From Octopus sinensis (Eukaryota): a DNA stretch of 64,000 nucleotides. Position numbers and translations under genes: made by a program. Location of the stretch: positions 74,214,001-74,278,000 of the forward strand of contig NC_043005.1 of the NCBI RefSeq assembly GCF_006345805.1, in the 5' to 3' direction. Below the pieces are notes generated by a model. That model did no database searches. It saw only the letters and a program-made list of their open reading frames with translations, and was not told where the DNA came from. Positions 12,871-27,363 of this stretch are shown here, in pieces (position 1 is the stretch's first letter; each line of letters starts with the position of its first letter).

Positions 12871-13382
12871 GCTTATGTGTGTGTGGAGGCGCAATGGCCA
12901 AGTGGTTAGGGCAGCAGACTCGCGGTCATCGGATCACAGTTTCGATTCCCAGCCCATATATATATATGTGTGTGTATATATATGCATATGTATATATACA
13001 TGTGTGTGTGTGTTTGCTTTAGTTAAGATTTTCATATGAATTCGCTTTATTTATTTATCTATTTATTTATTTAGGTTTTTTGCTGCGTGATTCAATTTCT
13101 CATTACACTAACAACCTCTATCTTTTACTGCTTACTGTCGGTTCGGTAGAAAATTGAATTACAGCTGAAAATAATCTACATTTCTGTTACTGTACCCATC
13201 TAGTTCAGACTGTAATAAATGCAATTCAAATGTGCGAGTTTAACGACAATATAGAGATGGAAGGCAGGGGGAAGAAATGTATTCTAAGTGGAATATCTTA
13301 GAGAATTTGACGTAAGCAAGTGAGCCGTTTTATTAGGATTGACTCTTGCAAATAATGCAAGCATGGATTTATATATCTGTGT

Positions 13383-13418
<36 letters not shown>

Positions 13419-14883
13419 ATATGGGGGTGTGTGTATGTGTATATATATGATTCGGTGTGCTGGGTGCTGTAACACGTAAGGCAGTCTTCCGGCAAGCCGA
13501 GACCACCTTGTTGTTTCATTCTCTACTTGAAACCGTTTTATTTCATAGAATATCTTAGACCTCATTCAGAAACAAGCCAGCCAGCTGATCATCGTGGCCT
13601 CGCCCACACTCTCTCCCTCTCTCTCTTTTTCTCCCTCTCGCTCTCTCACTCAACCACATACAAACTCGGGGACACACCCATCAATTCAGATATCCACATG
13701 CTTCACAAGAGCTGGCTGGATTTGACTCTTATCACTTTGTTGGCGAGCAGTTTGAATAATACAAAATGAAAAGAAAAAATAAAACAACCTTCCAAAATTC
13801 CAAAGAATAAATATATTGAATTATACAGTTATTGAGACTCACATACAGGACTTAAAGTTTCTGTGGCAACCGTACGATGATCGCTGCACTTATTCAGTTG
13901 TCGATTAATAAATATTTCAAACAATATTGAGATCTACTTCTTTTGTCATCACACACTTAGTCTCCTCTCATTCTCTGTACTGTATAAACGTTTCCCTTCT
14001 ACCTTCTTACTTACCCTCATCTTCAATACTTCAACTCCACAATGCTGTCCCATTAGAAAAAACTTCAAAATCTCTGAGGTCAATATGTATATGGGTTCAG
14101 AGACAAACCCTACCATCAGACCAAAACATACATACAAATTATGTAGCAGCATGTTATTTCGCCTCCCCAAAATATACGAAGGTAATCAAATGAGACAGTC
14201 TCTATGTGCTAGAAATAGTAGCCACCCGACCTGCTCGTAATAACAACCACTCGGACTGGTAGTAATAGCAGCAAAATTTCTCTCACATTACATCGTACCA
14301 TCTCCAATAAAGGAGGATATATTGGACAAGATCTTGTTATACAAAAAGATGAGATTGTCACGGTTAGAACGCTCAATTAGGGCTGACTGTACGCATCATC
14401 GAGATGTCTTTCATGAGGTCAATTTTGCCTTTTATCCTTTCGGACGTCGATAAAATAAGCACTAATGTAGTACTGAAGTCGACGATATCGACTTAACCCT
14501 CCACCTAAACTGGCTAGCCCTATGCCAAAATTTGAAGCCATTCTTTAATTAGACCTTTTTTTTTTTTACCTCACCGGAGATTGGCTTTCTGAATTTTCTT
14601 TTTCCCGTACTTGACACTGGATTTAAAAGCTTGCCAAAGAGAGGTATTTGTAAAGAAATAAAACCAATGACGAATTTGTCTTCGCCAGAACAAAAAAAAA
14701 AGTTCTACACATGCTTTATGTTGCATGGATTTTAAAAAATATGGTGTATGTATGTATGTATTTATATATATATACATCTGTATACATATATGTACATATA
14801 CTTACACACACACACATATATAGTCATATATAAATACATACACATATACATACATACATACATACATAAATACATACATACAT

Positions 14884-14926
<43 letters not shown>

Positions 14927-15319
14927 ATGTATGTAAAATTCCGTTCTGTGTGTGTGTGTGTGTGTGTGTCTTCTACGATCTCGGGCATCCTCCATCCGAT
15001 TGCGCTCAAATTTGAGATGTAGATACCGACGATATCAGGGCGTGTATAAGTCTTGAAAAAATTACAAAAATCGATTCCAGATGAGAAGGCGATCGATAAA
15101 ACCGTGGGAACGTGCATTTGTACGCGCAAGTACATCAGTCGAAATCCGTCTTTTGCTGGTATCTCAAATTTAGGTTAAATCAGTGTTTCTCAAAGGGGTG
15201 GTCTATGGGGCGGTCGGACAAGTTGTTTTGAGAAAATTTGGTGTAAATGTTTGACAACTCAGCACAGTCCATTGGACGGGGGTCATTTTGCTCGTATATA
15301 TATATATATATATATATTT

Positions 15320-15569
15320 ATTTATTTAAAGTAGGTGAATGAATTATCCTAGTATGGATAATTCGGTTAACCGATACCTGGGTAGCAAATTCACGTCAGA
15401 AAACACGGTTGAAGCTACATGCCAAGGGCAGAAATCCCGTGTTCTCGTGTGGAAATTTGTGGGGTTTTTTTAACTATGAATAAATGAAAGAATGGAGTCG
15501 AACGACGATTTTAACAAAATTCCTTTACACTCGAATTTTGTTAAAATCGTCGTTCGACTCCATTCTTTC

Positions 15570-15575
<6 letters not shown>
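15320..15575. repeat. Unclassified repeat copy ending in a perfect 43-bp inverted repeat
   Basis: Arms 15480-15522 and 15533-15575 are exact reverse complements around a 10-nt loop. Confidence 0.85.
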
Positions 15576-15613
<38 letters not shown>

Positions 15614-16552
15614 TTCTGTCGGTTGTTGCAGTTAATCTTGTCTAGTCCCATGCCTGTCGTAATCGTGTAGACATATGATCTAAAGCATTCTAATTGTGAC
15701 AATCCCGTCCATTTTCTTTTTAAACAGTGAACCCAATGTCTTCTTCCTTTAGAGACACTAGGGGATAACTTGCGCGCGATTTTGGATCGCCATACTATGT
15801 TTATGCCTATATCAATGACGTCAATAATTCTATTTGGAAAATTATATCCACAACACTTACGTAGTCCGCCTTCTCCTGAACAAAAGGAGTGCTTTTGGGG
15901 TAGGGTCTCCTATATATATATATGTATTTCATAGGTGGTTTTGTGGGGTGTGAGGGAAGTGCGCGTAGCATTACAATAAATAATAATAATAATAGTAATA
16001 ATAATAATGATTTGGCACGTGGGATTGGCCTTAGAGGAATGACGGAAAAACAGCAGAGAATGCACACACAATGGACGCGGACGCGGACAAGCTCAACCCG
16101 TCATCAGTTATCGACCAAATATCATCACAATTTCACGTGTATATACATACACGCACGCACGCCCCCCCACACATACACACATATTTGTGTGTTTTGATAG
16201 CAGAGACGTAATCTGCAGGCCTGCTGTGAACTAATAAGATGCAAATTTATGCTACAATTAAACATTAATTTTATTTTCACAACTAATAATCTTTAACTTT
16301 TCACCAGTAATGACTCTATCAATTTACTAAACCCCACAATTTTCATTACTTATCCACTAAAATATAGATTAGTTCTTGTATCTAGAGGAAACAGGAAACC
16401 CAAGGAAACAATTTATTTTTGATTCATTATTAACTTACACAATTATCATACAATATCCCTTAATATGATAATGTATGCAGAAGCTGTTTTCACCTCACTT
16501 GTACTAGATTTTTGCACTTACACTTATATGTTTATGCCTATATATAAAGAGG

Positions 16553-16925
16553 AGAAGGCGGCAAGCTGGCAGAATCGTTAGTACACTAAGCAAAAGGCTT
16601 AGCGGCATTTCCTACTTCTGTACGATCTGAGTTCAAGTTCTGCCGAACTCGGAAGACTTTGCCTTTCGTCCTTTTCGGACTCGACAAAATAATGTAATCG
16701 AGTCATCCGCTTCCCTGAAATTGCTAGCCTTGTGCCTAAATTTGAAATCAATATATAAAGAGGGGAAAGGGGCAAGCTGGCAGAATCGTTAACATGCCGG
16801 GCGAAATGCTTAGCGGCATTTCATCCGTCTGTACGCTCTGAGTTCAAATTCGGCCGAGATCCATTTTGCCTTTCATCCTTTCGGGGTCGATGTAATACAT
16901 CAAATTCAAAATTTGAAACCGATAT
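16553..16925 (+). mobile_element. Two tandem degraded SINE B copies
   Basis: Heads near 16556 and 16768, each flanked by TATATAAAGAG. Confidence 0.75.
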
Positions 16926-17590
16926 ATAAAGAGTAGGAGAGACATGTTGGTAGAATCGTTACAGTAACAGGCATAACTGCATCGAGGTATTTACTTACGT
17001 AACTTTATGTTCCTAAATTCAAATCTCTCACTCTTCCGGAAATATTACAATCAAGTACTCCATCAAGTACTACATGCAATCAATTATATTCACGCCATGT
17101 GCTAACCTCAGCGAGGTAAGAACTGCGAATGTCAATCATTTAGGATATACACAACGTGTGCCGAGGAATTCCTAACGGAAATTCAGCGGTGAAATGGCAT
17201 TTACCGCGGATGACGTTTGATAGCCATAAATGGTAAACATGCTTTGCCGGCACACTAATAGGAACATAGTCAAAATAAAATTTGGATGCTAAATTTTAAA
17301 ATTTTATATCTAAACTTTAATTTTAATTATAACTGATATGTATATATATATATAGGAATGAAAAATAAAAACATTCCCTTTCGAAATTACCACTATTTAG
17401 TGGTTTGTAGTTTAACTACTCTTTCTAGTGAGTCAGATGTCCTGTTATGGTCATCTCTTATGTGTTTAAATGTACACTGTATTTTTCTATGAATAATATA
17501 TAGTCTATTGACTAATTTTTTCTTCTCGATAGACCACTGGTAGCAAAGAATTTTTCTAAATATTTTGTTACCTTAAGATTTATTACACAC

Positions 17591-17673
<83 letters not shown>

Positions 17674-17820
17674 GTAAACGTTAAAAAAACACAAACTGGG
17701 ACAAGAACGTGAAACATTTTGAAGACGACAAAAAAACAACACAGACGGGACTTTCGAAGCTCTCAGTCATCAGTCAAGAACCAGATCATCTTCGCAATTT
17801 CGGCTGATTAATCTATGTAG

Positions 17821-18076
17821 TCCAACTTAGTTTGATTTTCACGTTTTATTATTTGCAATTTTTACAATTTTACTATTTTACAATATTGGAATAAACTAGC
17901 ACTTTCATGCGTTACGTAGTCATCAGGTTTATCCAGTGACAGTTGTCAATTGCGGAACACGTCTTTAAATCTGGCGATTGCGCAATGCATGGAAGTTCTA
18001 GTTTATTTCAATATTGTAAAATCGTAAAATTTTAAAGATTGTAAATAACCAAACGTGAAAATCAGACTAAGTTGGA
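17821..18076. mobile_element. Foldback element with a hammerhead-like motif in the left arm
   Basis: Arms TCCAACTTAGTTTGATTTTCACGTTT.. / ..AAACGTGAAAATCAGACTAAGTTGGA. Minus 17891-17932: ATAAAC CTGATGA CTACG-TAA-CGCAT GAAAG TG CTA GTTTAT. Confidence 0.7.
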
Positions 18077-18934
18077 ATTTTATTGATTAATATATTGTTT
18101 TATGCGTAACCAAACAAACTTTTCGCTGCTTTTGCAAACTTGTCAATGGCTGTTGAGGTCAACATCCATTGATAAGGTGGCAAAACAACGGTGAATGTGT
18201 TAGATTATAAGGCATCAAGATACAACAAAATTTGCTTCAACACACAAACTCACATAAAGAATCTGGCAAACCAGATACAAAAGACGAAACCTGATACATA
18301 TATACGAAGGAATATATGGGAACAGAGAGGGATGGTGTGAAATGGTAAGATAGGGAGATAGATAGGTAGAAAGAGAGAGAGAGATGAGAAGCGAGAGAAA
18401 CAGACAATAAAAGAAAGCCAGAAAGAGAGAGAGAGAGAGAGAGAGAGTGGGAGGGAGAGTGAGAGATACAGAGAATGGAATTAGGCCATAGATTTGGTTC
18501 ACTACAAGACTTACTACCTAATCTCTTTAACATTCACCCCGGGTGCAATAAAAGTATTTTGCCGAGATTAAGTAATAAGTGTCATTAATATCCGAGTTAA
18601 TTGATAAGGAGATGACGATGAAGATATGCAGCGACTTCGTAATCTATTTCGTTTGGTATTTGTTTATGTTTTTTGTTTTCTTATTTGATGAACCTAAGGG
18701 AGACAGTGTCTTTCTTTCTAGTAATGGTTGCGGTGGTAACGGCAGTGGTAGTGGGTGGTTATTTTAGTAGTAGTTTTAGTAGCAGTAGTAGTAGACCACT
18801 ACTGAGGTAGAGGGGAGGGGAGAACGTGTTTCTGTTTCAAGTATTAGTGATGTTGATAGTGGTGGTGCTGGTAGGGGGTGATGGTAGTAGTACTTGTTGC
18901 AGCAGAAATAATGATAGTGCCAATTGTAATAGTA

Positions 18935-18939
18935 GTACA

Positions 18940-19007
<68 letters not shown>

Positions 19008-19241
19008 TGATGATGATGATGATAATGATGATAACGACATAATAATAATAATAATAATAATAATAATATAATAATAATAATAATAATGATGATAATGGTA
19101 ATAATAATAATAATAATAATCATAATAATTACTAATAATAATAATAATGATAATGATGATAATGGTAATTATAATAATAATAATATAATAATAAAATAAT
19201 ATAATAATAATAATAATAATGATAAAGATGATAATGGTAAT

Positions 19242-19290
<49 letters not shown>

Positions 19291-19420
19291 GTGGTCGTGA
19301 TAGCAGTAGTAGACGTAGTAGCGGTTGTAGTGTTAGTGGCGGCGGCTACGGTGGTGGTGGTAGGTGGTGGTGGTGGTGGTGGTGGTAGTGGTGGTGGTAA
19401 TAGTAGTAGTAGTAGTTAGA
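18935..19420. repeat. Compound (TAA)/(TGA)/(GTG)/(TAG) trinucleotide microsatellite
   Basis: Direct reading. Confidence 0.95.
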
Positions 19421-19738
19421 CAAGAAGGCGGCGGGGAAAAATCTCCTCTCATGTATATTGTACCGTTCAGTGATGTTAATAGTCGCTGGTTGAATGACAT
19501 ATCTAATCTTAAATACATTGCACTGCTTTCTTACGATGTCTCATCCGACGTTTCGCTAGATTGACTTTATCAAGATGTTGTTTCTTTACTTTACTTTCAG
19601 GCGCAAATACATATACATACATACATATACATACATACATACATACATACATACATACATACATACATACATACATACATGCATATACATACATACATAC
19701 ATACATACATACATACATACATACAAACATACGTACAG

Positions 19739-19769
<31 letters not shown>

Positions 19770-19890
19770 CATACATACGTACATACATATATATGTGCAT
19801 GTGTGTGTACATGTATGTATACCTATATATATATTTATATATATATGTATATATATATATGTATATTTATATATATATATGTATGTAATG

Positions 19891-19922
<32 letters not shown>

Positions 19923-19992
19923 TACATGTATATATATTTGTGTGTATATATATATGTATGTGTATATATATATATATATATTATATATATAT

Positions 19993-20030
<38 letters not shown>

Positions 20031-20924
20031 TATTAATATATAAATATATATACATACATGTATATATACACACTGTTTGTTCTTTTGTTGCTGCTGGTAA
20101 CGATTTTTTTTTGCTTTTGTTGTTGTTAGCGATAATGATGATGATAGTGATGATGATGATGTCGATAATAGTGATGATGATGATAAGGAATCACCCTTAC
20201 GTAATTAATACTTGTTCCCCCCTTAACATTTTGACACTGTGCAAGATGAAGTTCGCAACAGAGTGTGATAGAATAATGCCAATACAGATAAGACAACATG
20301 TTTGTTACACATGCACAGAACATAATTATCAAATACGAGTCTCATATTTTTGGGTGAGAAATGCTATTTTCTAGAATGTACCGAAGCAGCAGTAACAACA
20401 GTAGCTATTTCATTTTATATATATTTTTCTTTATATTCTTTTTCCAACGTCTTCGCTTTCCATCCATTCTTTCTCGCTTTTTCATATTTCAGCTAAGCAT
20501 GTACTATTATCTTTCGTTTAGTTTGAAGAATGATGCCAAGTAGTTCGGATGTACTGTTAAGAGATAATTCAACTGCCCCTTAATTTTATACCGGTGGTTT
20601 AGAATGTCACGTTTCCAGAAGTTATATCATAGCTTCCTTAAATTTCTCATGTCTGAAAGAAGGAATTTTGTTCTGCTTCTCTCGAGCAACATAAGATACA
20701 GAAGAAACATTTATATATGTTCTCGTATTGTGTGTTGCAGCATCGCTGCTTGCTTCTTTCAGTATCATGCATGATTTCATTATATTAATAAGTACTATCC
20801 ATTACCATAGTGTAGAGGTACGTTTCTTTGTGAGCCGATCTACATGACGCAGTTTCGATCCCTGTTGCTGTTACTTCATTTTATCTATATCGTTGCAAAG
20901 TATGAAAATGATGCAATGGTAAAG

Positions 20925-21075
20925 TATGAAAAGGATGTAATTTTGCTTCTCAGCCTCATGGTTCCAGGTTCAGTCTCACTGTGTGGCATTTTGGGTCACT
21001 GCCTTCTACTATAACCTCGGGCCAACCGAAGCCTTGTGAGTCGATTTGGTAAACGGAAACTGAATGAAACTCGTC

Positions 21076-21126
<51 letters not shown>

Positions 21127-21340
21127 CCGTTGTCCCCACTACTGCTTAACAATTGGCGTTTGTTTGTTTATGTCCTCGCAACTTAGCTTTTCGGCAAAAA
21201 GAAACCGATAGAATAAGTACCAGACTTATATTTTAAAAAAGTATTGGGTGATTCGTTCTATTAAAACGTCTTCCAGACGGTGCCTCAGCATGGCCGCAAT
21301 CTAAAGACTGGAACAAGAAATAGATAAAAGAAAGAAGAAT
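20925..21340 (+). mobile_element. SINE family A, diverged
   Basis: Head CATGGTTCCAGGTTCAGTC, body and tail motifs present. Confidence 0.8.
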
Positions 21341-22503
21341 AAAAGAAATAAGCCACGGCATTACTGCCCATCCCCTCCAAAATATGAATTACCGTGTCGA
21401 TTTACCAATTCAACACAAACACACAAACATGCACACAAAATACCTACGTAATTTCCAGAATTTGTTTCACGGCAAATTGAATTTTCATGCAAAGTTATAG
21501 GAAGAAAAATTGTGAAATACAAAAGACTATTTATCACTGCTGAGTTCTAATACGAAACATGCTCGTTTGTTGTGTATTTGTCAGTTACAAACGTACAAAG
21601 CTTGAAATTTGAGGTAAAGGAACAGTCGAATATATCGATCGCAGTACTTAGCGATTTCGAAAGCAAGGCATTTTGTCAGAAATTTGAAATATGCCGCTCG
21701 TTGTTAACTATTGGTAAACTGATTCAGCGTTTCAGAGACATATGGTCATGATTTGTCGCAAAAAGTGTCGTTTTTCTATATTTCCATTTAAATTTCTCTC
21801 TTTCTCTCTCTCTCTCTAACACACACACATACACGGAGATACAAATGCACACTAACATACACGCATATGCACACAGTCACAAACACACACACACACATAT
21901 ATATATATACATATTAAGAAATAATAATTTGAAAATACTTAGAAAACAATATTATGGACAAAATAATGGAAATATTTGCATTTTCATTAAAATATGCTAC
22001 CAGTTTCATTCACCGTAAAAGAAGATTTAGTCATACTGTAAGAAAAGAAACAGAAAAAAAAGGAAGTAATTGAAGAGAATTAAATTAATCTTTCATGAAA
22101 ATTCTGGAATCAGTTCTGGAATCCACTTGTTTTTCTTACAAAATTCATATGGTGCTGTTAGTTTGATTCCTTCTTATGGCTGCTGGGTCGTAGTAGTGGT
22201 AGTAGTAGTGGTAGTGGTAGTAGTAGTGGTAGTAGTAGTAGTAGTAGTAGAGTAGTAGTAGTAGTAGTAGTAATAGTAGTAGTAGTATTAGAACCGTGAC
22301 AGTCATCAATTGTTGGTACTTTTTGGTTTACACTCCTCCATTAAAAATGGGTTATCTCCCTCAACTACACAAATTGTTTAACCTTCAATAAAAAAAAAAG
22401 AAAAAGAAAAAAAGAAGTGAAATAGATGAAGCATCTGATATTGAATCTGATATTTTAATAAATCATACAAAGCTGAAAAGATTAATAAATATCTTTACTG
22501 AAT

Positions 22504-22955
22504 CTCTTTTTTCTTTTACTCTTTTTACTTGTTCCAGTCATTTGACTGCGGCCGTGCTGGAGCACCACCTTTAGTCGAGGAAATCGACCCAAGGACTTAT
22601 TCTTTGTAAGCCTAGTACTTATTCTATCGGATGTCTTTTGTCGAACCGCTAAGTTACGAGGACATAAACAAACCAGCATCGGTTGTCAAACGATGTTGGG
22701 GGACAAACATACACACACACACAAACACACACACACACACCACACACACACACACACACAAACACACAAACACACATATATATATATATACATACATACG
22801 ACGGACTTCTTTCAGTTTCCGTCTACCAAATCCACTCACAAGTCTTTGGTCGACCCGAGGCTATAATCGAAGAAACTTGCCCTAGGTGCCACGCAGTGGG
22901 ACTGAAACCGGAAGCATGGGGTTGGTGAGCAAGCTACTTACCACACAGCCACTCC
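22504..22955 (-). mobile_element. SINE family A, full length
   Basis: Matches the 9498-9903 and 10111-10553 copies. Confidence 0.9.
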
Positions 22956-23382
22956 TAACGTTTTTATAGCAAATCATACCATTCCTATCGAGGAAGCCAA
23001 ACGTCAACAACGTGTTGAAGTATTGAATCAAAAGGATCTAATTCTTTTAATCCAATCTCTTGTCGCCACATAAACTCAATGTTTTAGTGGGGAGATAACC
23101 CAATTTTAATGGCAAATTTTTAATGGGGTGAGATAACAAAAAAGTACCTAGTTGTTATTAGAATGTGGCTCCCAGCAGCAGCAGCAGCAGCAGCCGTCCA
23201 AAAATTTAGACCTGGAGATCACCATTTCCAGCGACTTCGAGGGCCACTTCCCAGTGATGTCGGGCGTCAACGAAGAGCCCTCGACTACAACAAGACGACC
23301 AAAGATTTTTTTCCAAGGTCTGGAGTCTCCCGCCCCTAAGCCCTAGACTATCACCTAATCACCCTCACCCGTCTTGTTGCTT

Positions 23383-23419
<37 letters not shown>

Positions 23420-24287
23420 GCAACAACAACAACAACAACAACAGTAGTAGCATTAGCAATGCTACTGGTTCTAGTGTTCGTGGTGGTGGTTCTATTACTC
23501 TTGCAGTAGAGACAGTTTAGCAGTAGTCATAGTATTAGTGGCAATAGTAACCCTTGCAGCAATAGTAACTGCAGTATCACGAGTTGTAGAAGCTGCAATG
23601 GTAGTAGTAGGTGCACCAGCAGTAGTTGTCTCCCTTCCTCTCTGCCCAACTCTGCCACACATATTTGACCATATCTTCATAAATCGGAAATACTTCCTTT
23701 TTATATTATCAACGGCTGAAAAACCTGGGCGAAATCTCTTTTTAAGACATCACCTACACTGGCTTTCACTCTCCTTCAGATATTTCGGTAACAAATAGCC
23801 CAATATTTTTCTATCTTCTTAAGTTAAAAAGAAAAGCAAAAGAAAAGAAAAGAAAACACACACATACACACAAAAGAGGAGAATAAAAGAACAATTATCT
23901 TTTCTTAAAGATCATTTGTGTCTTGAAATAGCTGCACGTCTTTAAGTCTCTCTGCTGCTGCCATTTTATTTACACAAGTATAACAAAGATAACGTCCACT
24001 TGTACTCAGACAGAAAGTGTTTTATCTTGATTTAAATAAACAGAATGCTGCATACAGAAGCACACTAACTATATACATACACGTACACATACATACATAA
24101 TACATTCATACAGAAAGGCGGACATACACACATGCATACATATGTACATACATTCATGCATGCATATATACATATATATACACATGCATAATACATATAC
24201 ATATATTATTTAAACCAATTTGATACAGTTCCTGCAATTTAAAGTTTCGCAGGCCCGTAACAGAAACCCGTCTCTTTCAGGCTTTGG

Positions 24288-24361
<74 letters not shown>

Positions 24362-24392
24362 TATATATATATATATATACATATATATACAT

Positions 24393-24426
<34 letters not shown>

Positions 24427-25309
24427 TGCAGACACACACACACATATATATACATATATATATAGTCAAAATAAGCAACAAGTATATCCAGAGTTACTGC
24501 TGTACGATCGTTTCAAGCAGCTCCATTTAATTGAACACTACAATCATTACGACTACTCCCACTATGATTTCTGTTGACTCCCTCAGCCCCATTCCTAACA
24601 GACACTGCTCCTTGTTCTCTCGGCCTTAGATATACAAAGATTTGATAAAACTAGTCTATAAATTACAACTGACTCCATAAAGCAGTGACAAGTAAAATCT
24701 GTAACAAGTCTTTCTCCCTGGGACCTTAGTTGCTTCTAAGCTGAAGTGAAGGCAACATGTTCATTGTCTATCTCTTTACCTTCCTTGAGATTTTAGTTAA
24801 AATTATACTAATGTGTCCATCTGTTTTAATTTAATTAAATTCTATGTCTTTATGCAGCTGAGGATTGCTCTGCATTTAAATTGATGTAATGATTGCAATG
24901 TTCATTACCTCTGGATATCCGTGTTGCTTATTTTGATTTTAATCTCATTATGAAATTGTAATGATAATACTGCACTAAATTCTGGTGCCCCAACTTAAAT
25001 ACCATATTCATCTGAACCCCCCCTCTCTCTCTGCATATATATATATACTAAAACAAAGCAATTTACTAATGTTAAAAAGAAAAAGGACCAAGATAAAGGC
25101 TCGAATGAAAGTATTTCCTTTTGTTTTTCTTTTTTATTTCTTACTTGTTCAATACTCGGCGGACGATTACTTTCTTTTCATTATTTCAGTATTAAAACTG
25201 ACATATTAATTAAAATCTAAATATTACTACTAATCATGAGCTCGAGTTACAAAACAGGCGTGGGCGTGGCTGTGTGCTAAGAAGCATTTGATCTTGCACC
25301 CGGAACTAA

Positions 25310-25545
25310 CGATTCTGCTAGCTTGCCGCCTTAATAATAATGGTTTTAAATGTTGCCGCAAGGTGGAGGGGACGAGTCGATTACATCGACCTCAGTGTTT
25401 CACTGGTGCTTAATTTATCGACTCCAAATGAAGGAAAGGCAAAATCGACCTGGGTGGAATTTGAACTCAGATCGTAGAGACAGACGAAATATCGCTAAGC
25501 ATTCTGCCCGGCGTGCTAACGATTATGCCAGCTTGCCGCCTTAAT
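25310..25545 (-). mobile_element. SINE family B plus an extra head fragment
   Basis: ..GCTAACGATTATGCCAGCTTGCCGCC is the reverse complement of the B head. Confidence 0.75.
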
Positions 25546-25563
25546 AATGATGATGATGATGAT

Positions 25564-25594
<31 letters not shown>

Positions 25595-26077
25595 GATGAT
25601 GATAATAATAATTTCATTTATTTGCCACAAGGGCGAAGGATGAGGAGGACAATACAAAGACAGATATAAAGTGTAGGGTTTACATATAATGAAATTATTA
25701 AAAAAACATAAAAGAAATTATATACGGTATATACTGTGTAACACTGTGTAATCATTTACTTATTTACCTCCAAAGGCCCATTCATAAGGAAAAATAGAAA
25801 ACATTAAACGTGAACACGAAGGTTAAACCGTTTGAAGATGGACAAAAAACGAAGTGTATAAAAACGTAGTGAAGGATAAAGAACTTCTAGAATGGACAAA
25901 GAAAAATCAAGAACAGATAATTTATCTTGAGTACAGTTTTAGAAACGTAAGATTTTAATAAAATAGGAAAATCGGACACAGTACCACAACGTTTAATGAA
26001 ATTGCATACACCCACTGTTGACTGTAAACATTTTGCTCTGCCCAAGGAAAATGCAATGCTATTGTATACCGTGATAA

Positions 26078-26560
26078 GCAGTGAGCTGACAGAATCGTTA
26101 GCACGCCGGGCGAAATGCTTAGCGGTGTTTTGTCTGCTGTTACGATCTGAGTTCAAATTCCACCGAGGTCGACTTTGCCTTTCATCCTTTCAGGGTCGAT
26201 TAAATAAGTACCAGTTACGCACTGGGGTCGATGTAATCGACTTAATCCGTTTGTCTGTCCTTGTTTGTCCCTTCTGTGTGTAGCCCCTTGTGGGTAGTAA
26301 AGAAATAGGTATTTTGTCTGCCGCTACGTTCTGTGTTCAAATTCCGCCGAGGTCGACTTTGCCTTTCATCCTTTCGGGGTAGATTAAATAAGTACCAGTT
26401 ACGCACTCGGGTCAATATAATCGACTTAATCCGTTTGTCCTCTCTGTGTTTAGCCCCTTGTGGGTAGTAAAGAAATGGGTATTTTTTTAGGATCTTTACG
26501 TTCTGAGTTCAAATGCTACCGAAGTCAATTTTGCCGTTTATCATACCAGTTTAGTACTGA
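26078..26560 (+). mobile_element. SINE family B multimer
   Basis: One head, then the B-box-to-tail unit repeated; junctions AAAGAAATAGGTATTTTGTCTG and AAAGAAATGGGTATTT. Confidence 0.85.
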
Positions 26561-26570
26561 GTTCAATGTA

Positions 26571-26786
26571 CAAGGGGGTACCGTAAAGTTCCTGGCTTTA
26601 AGAGTTTCGTGAAACGCCTGGTTGCAGGCCCAACGTTCCGAATTCTTTTACGGAGTTTAGAAAAGTGAAGGACCGCTGCAATGAGTGTGTGAATCTGAAA
26701 GGGGAATATGTTGAATAAAATCATAATTAACTAATCCTCCTGTATTTTCGTTTTTCCAAAGCCAGGAACTCTTCAGCACCCTGTCG
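26571..26786 (+). mobile_element. Mariner-derived MITE
   Basis: TIRs TA|CAAGGGGGTACCGTAAAGTTCCTGGCTTT and AAAGCCAGGAACTCTTCAGCACCCTGTCG; internal remnant DRCNECVNLKGEYVE* like a mariner C-terminus. Confidence 0.75.
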
Positions 26787-27304
26787 CGAGGGACTCTCTC
26801 CTTCTCCAAAATTGCTTGTTTTGTACCAAAATTTGAAATCATTATCTACGGCGATAAATCATTAACGTGGCCCTTATCAACAGCTAGTGTTTTGACTGTC
26901 TCTTTTAAATCAGTGCAACATTATTTTCATCATACCAGATACAGACATCATTATAAACTTCCTAAACACCAAGCGTAGATTTCAGGGACACGTTGCAGTA
27001 ATCGCAGGACCGTGAACTTCATGTTGTTCCATGAAGTGGGTCGCTCTTCTTGAGCTTTACCCAACTGCTGCTTTCGCCCCACGACCATCTGTTTTTTTTA
27101 CTTCCTTTTCTCTTTTTTCCACCCCTTTTCAGCACCCATCTGCTGTTGCCATTGCATCTTCTGCTGTGGTATCTTCCTGTGTTTTTCTAGTTTCTCAGAG
27201 CAGAAAGCTCTTGAGTGGCTCTTAATGCCACACGTATTACAGCTGGGATTCCTGCCCTACATCACCAGTTTCGTGGCTATATATATATATATAAATAAAT
27301 CTAT

Positions 27305-27363
<59 letters not shown>

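Noticed and set aside
12890-12955. Possible tRNA gene
   Set aside because: Truncated, with no 3' acceptor strand; it is a SINE head fragment.
24240-24290. HHR-like motif on minus (CTGAAAGA..GCGAAAC)
   Set aside because: Core insertion and no valid cleavage triplet or stem I.
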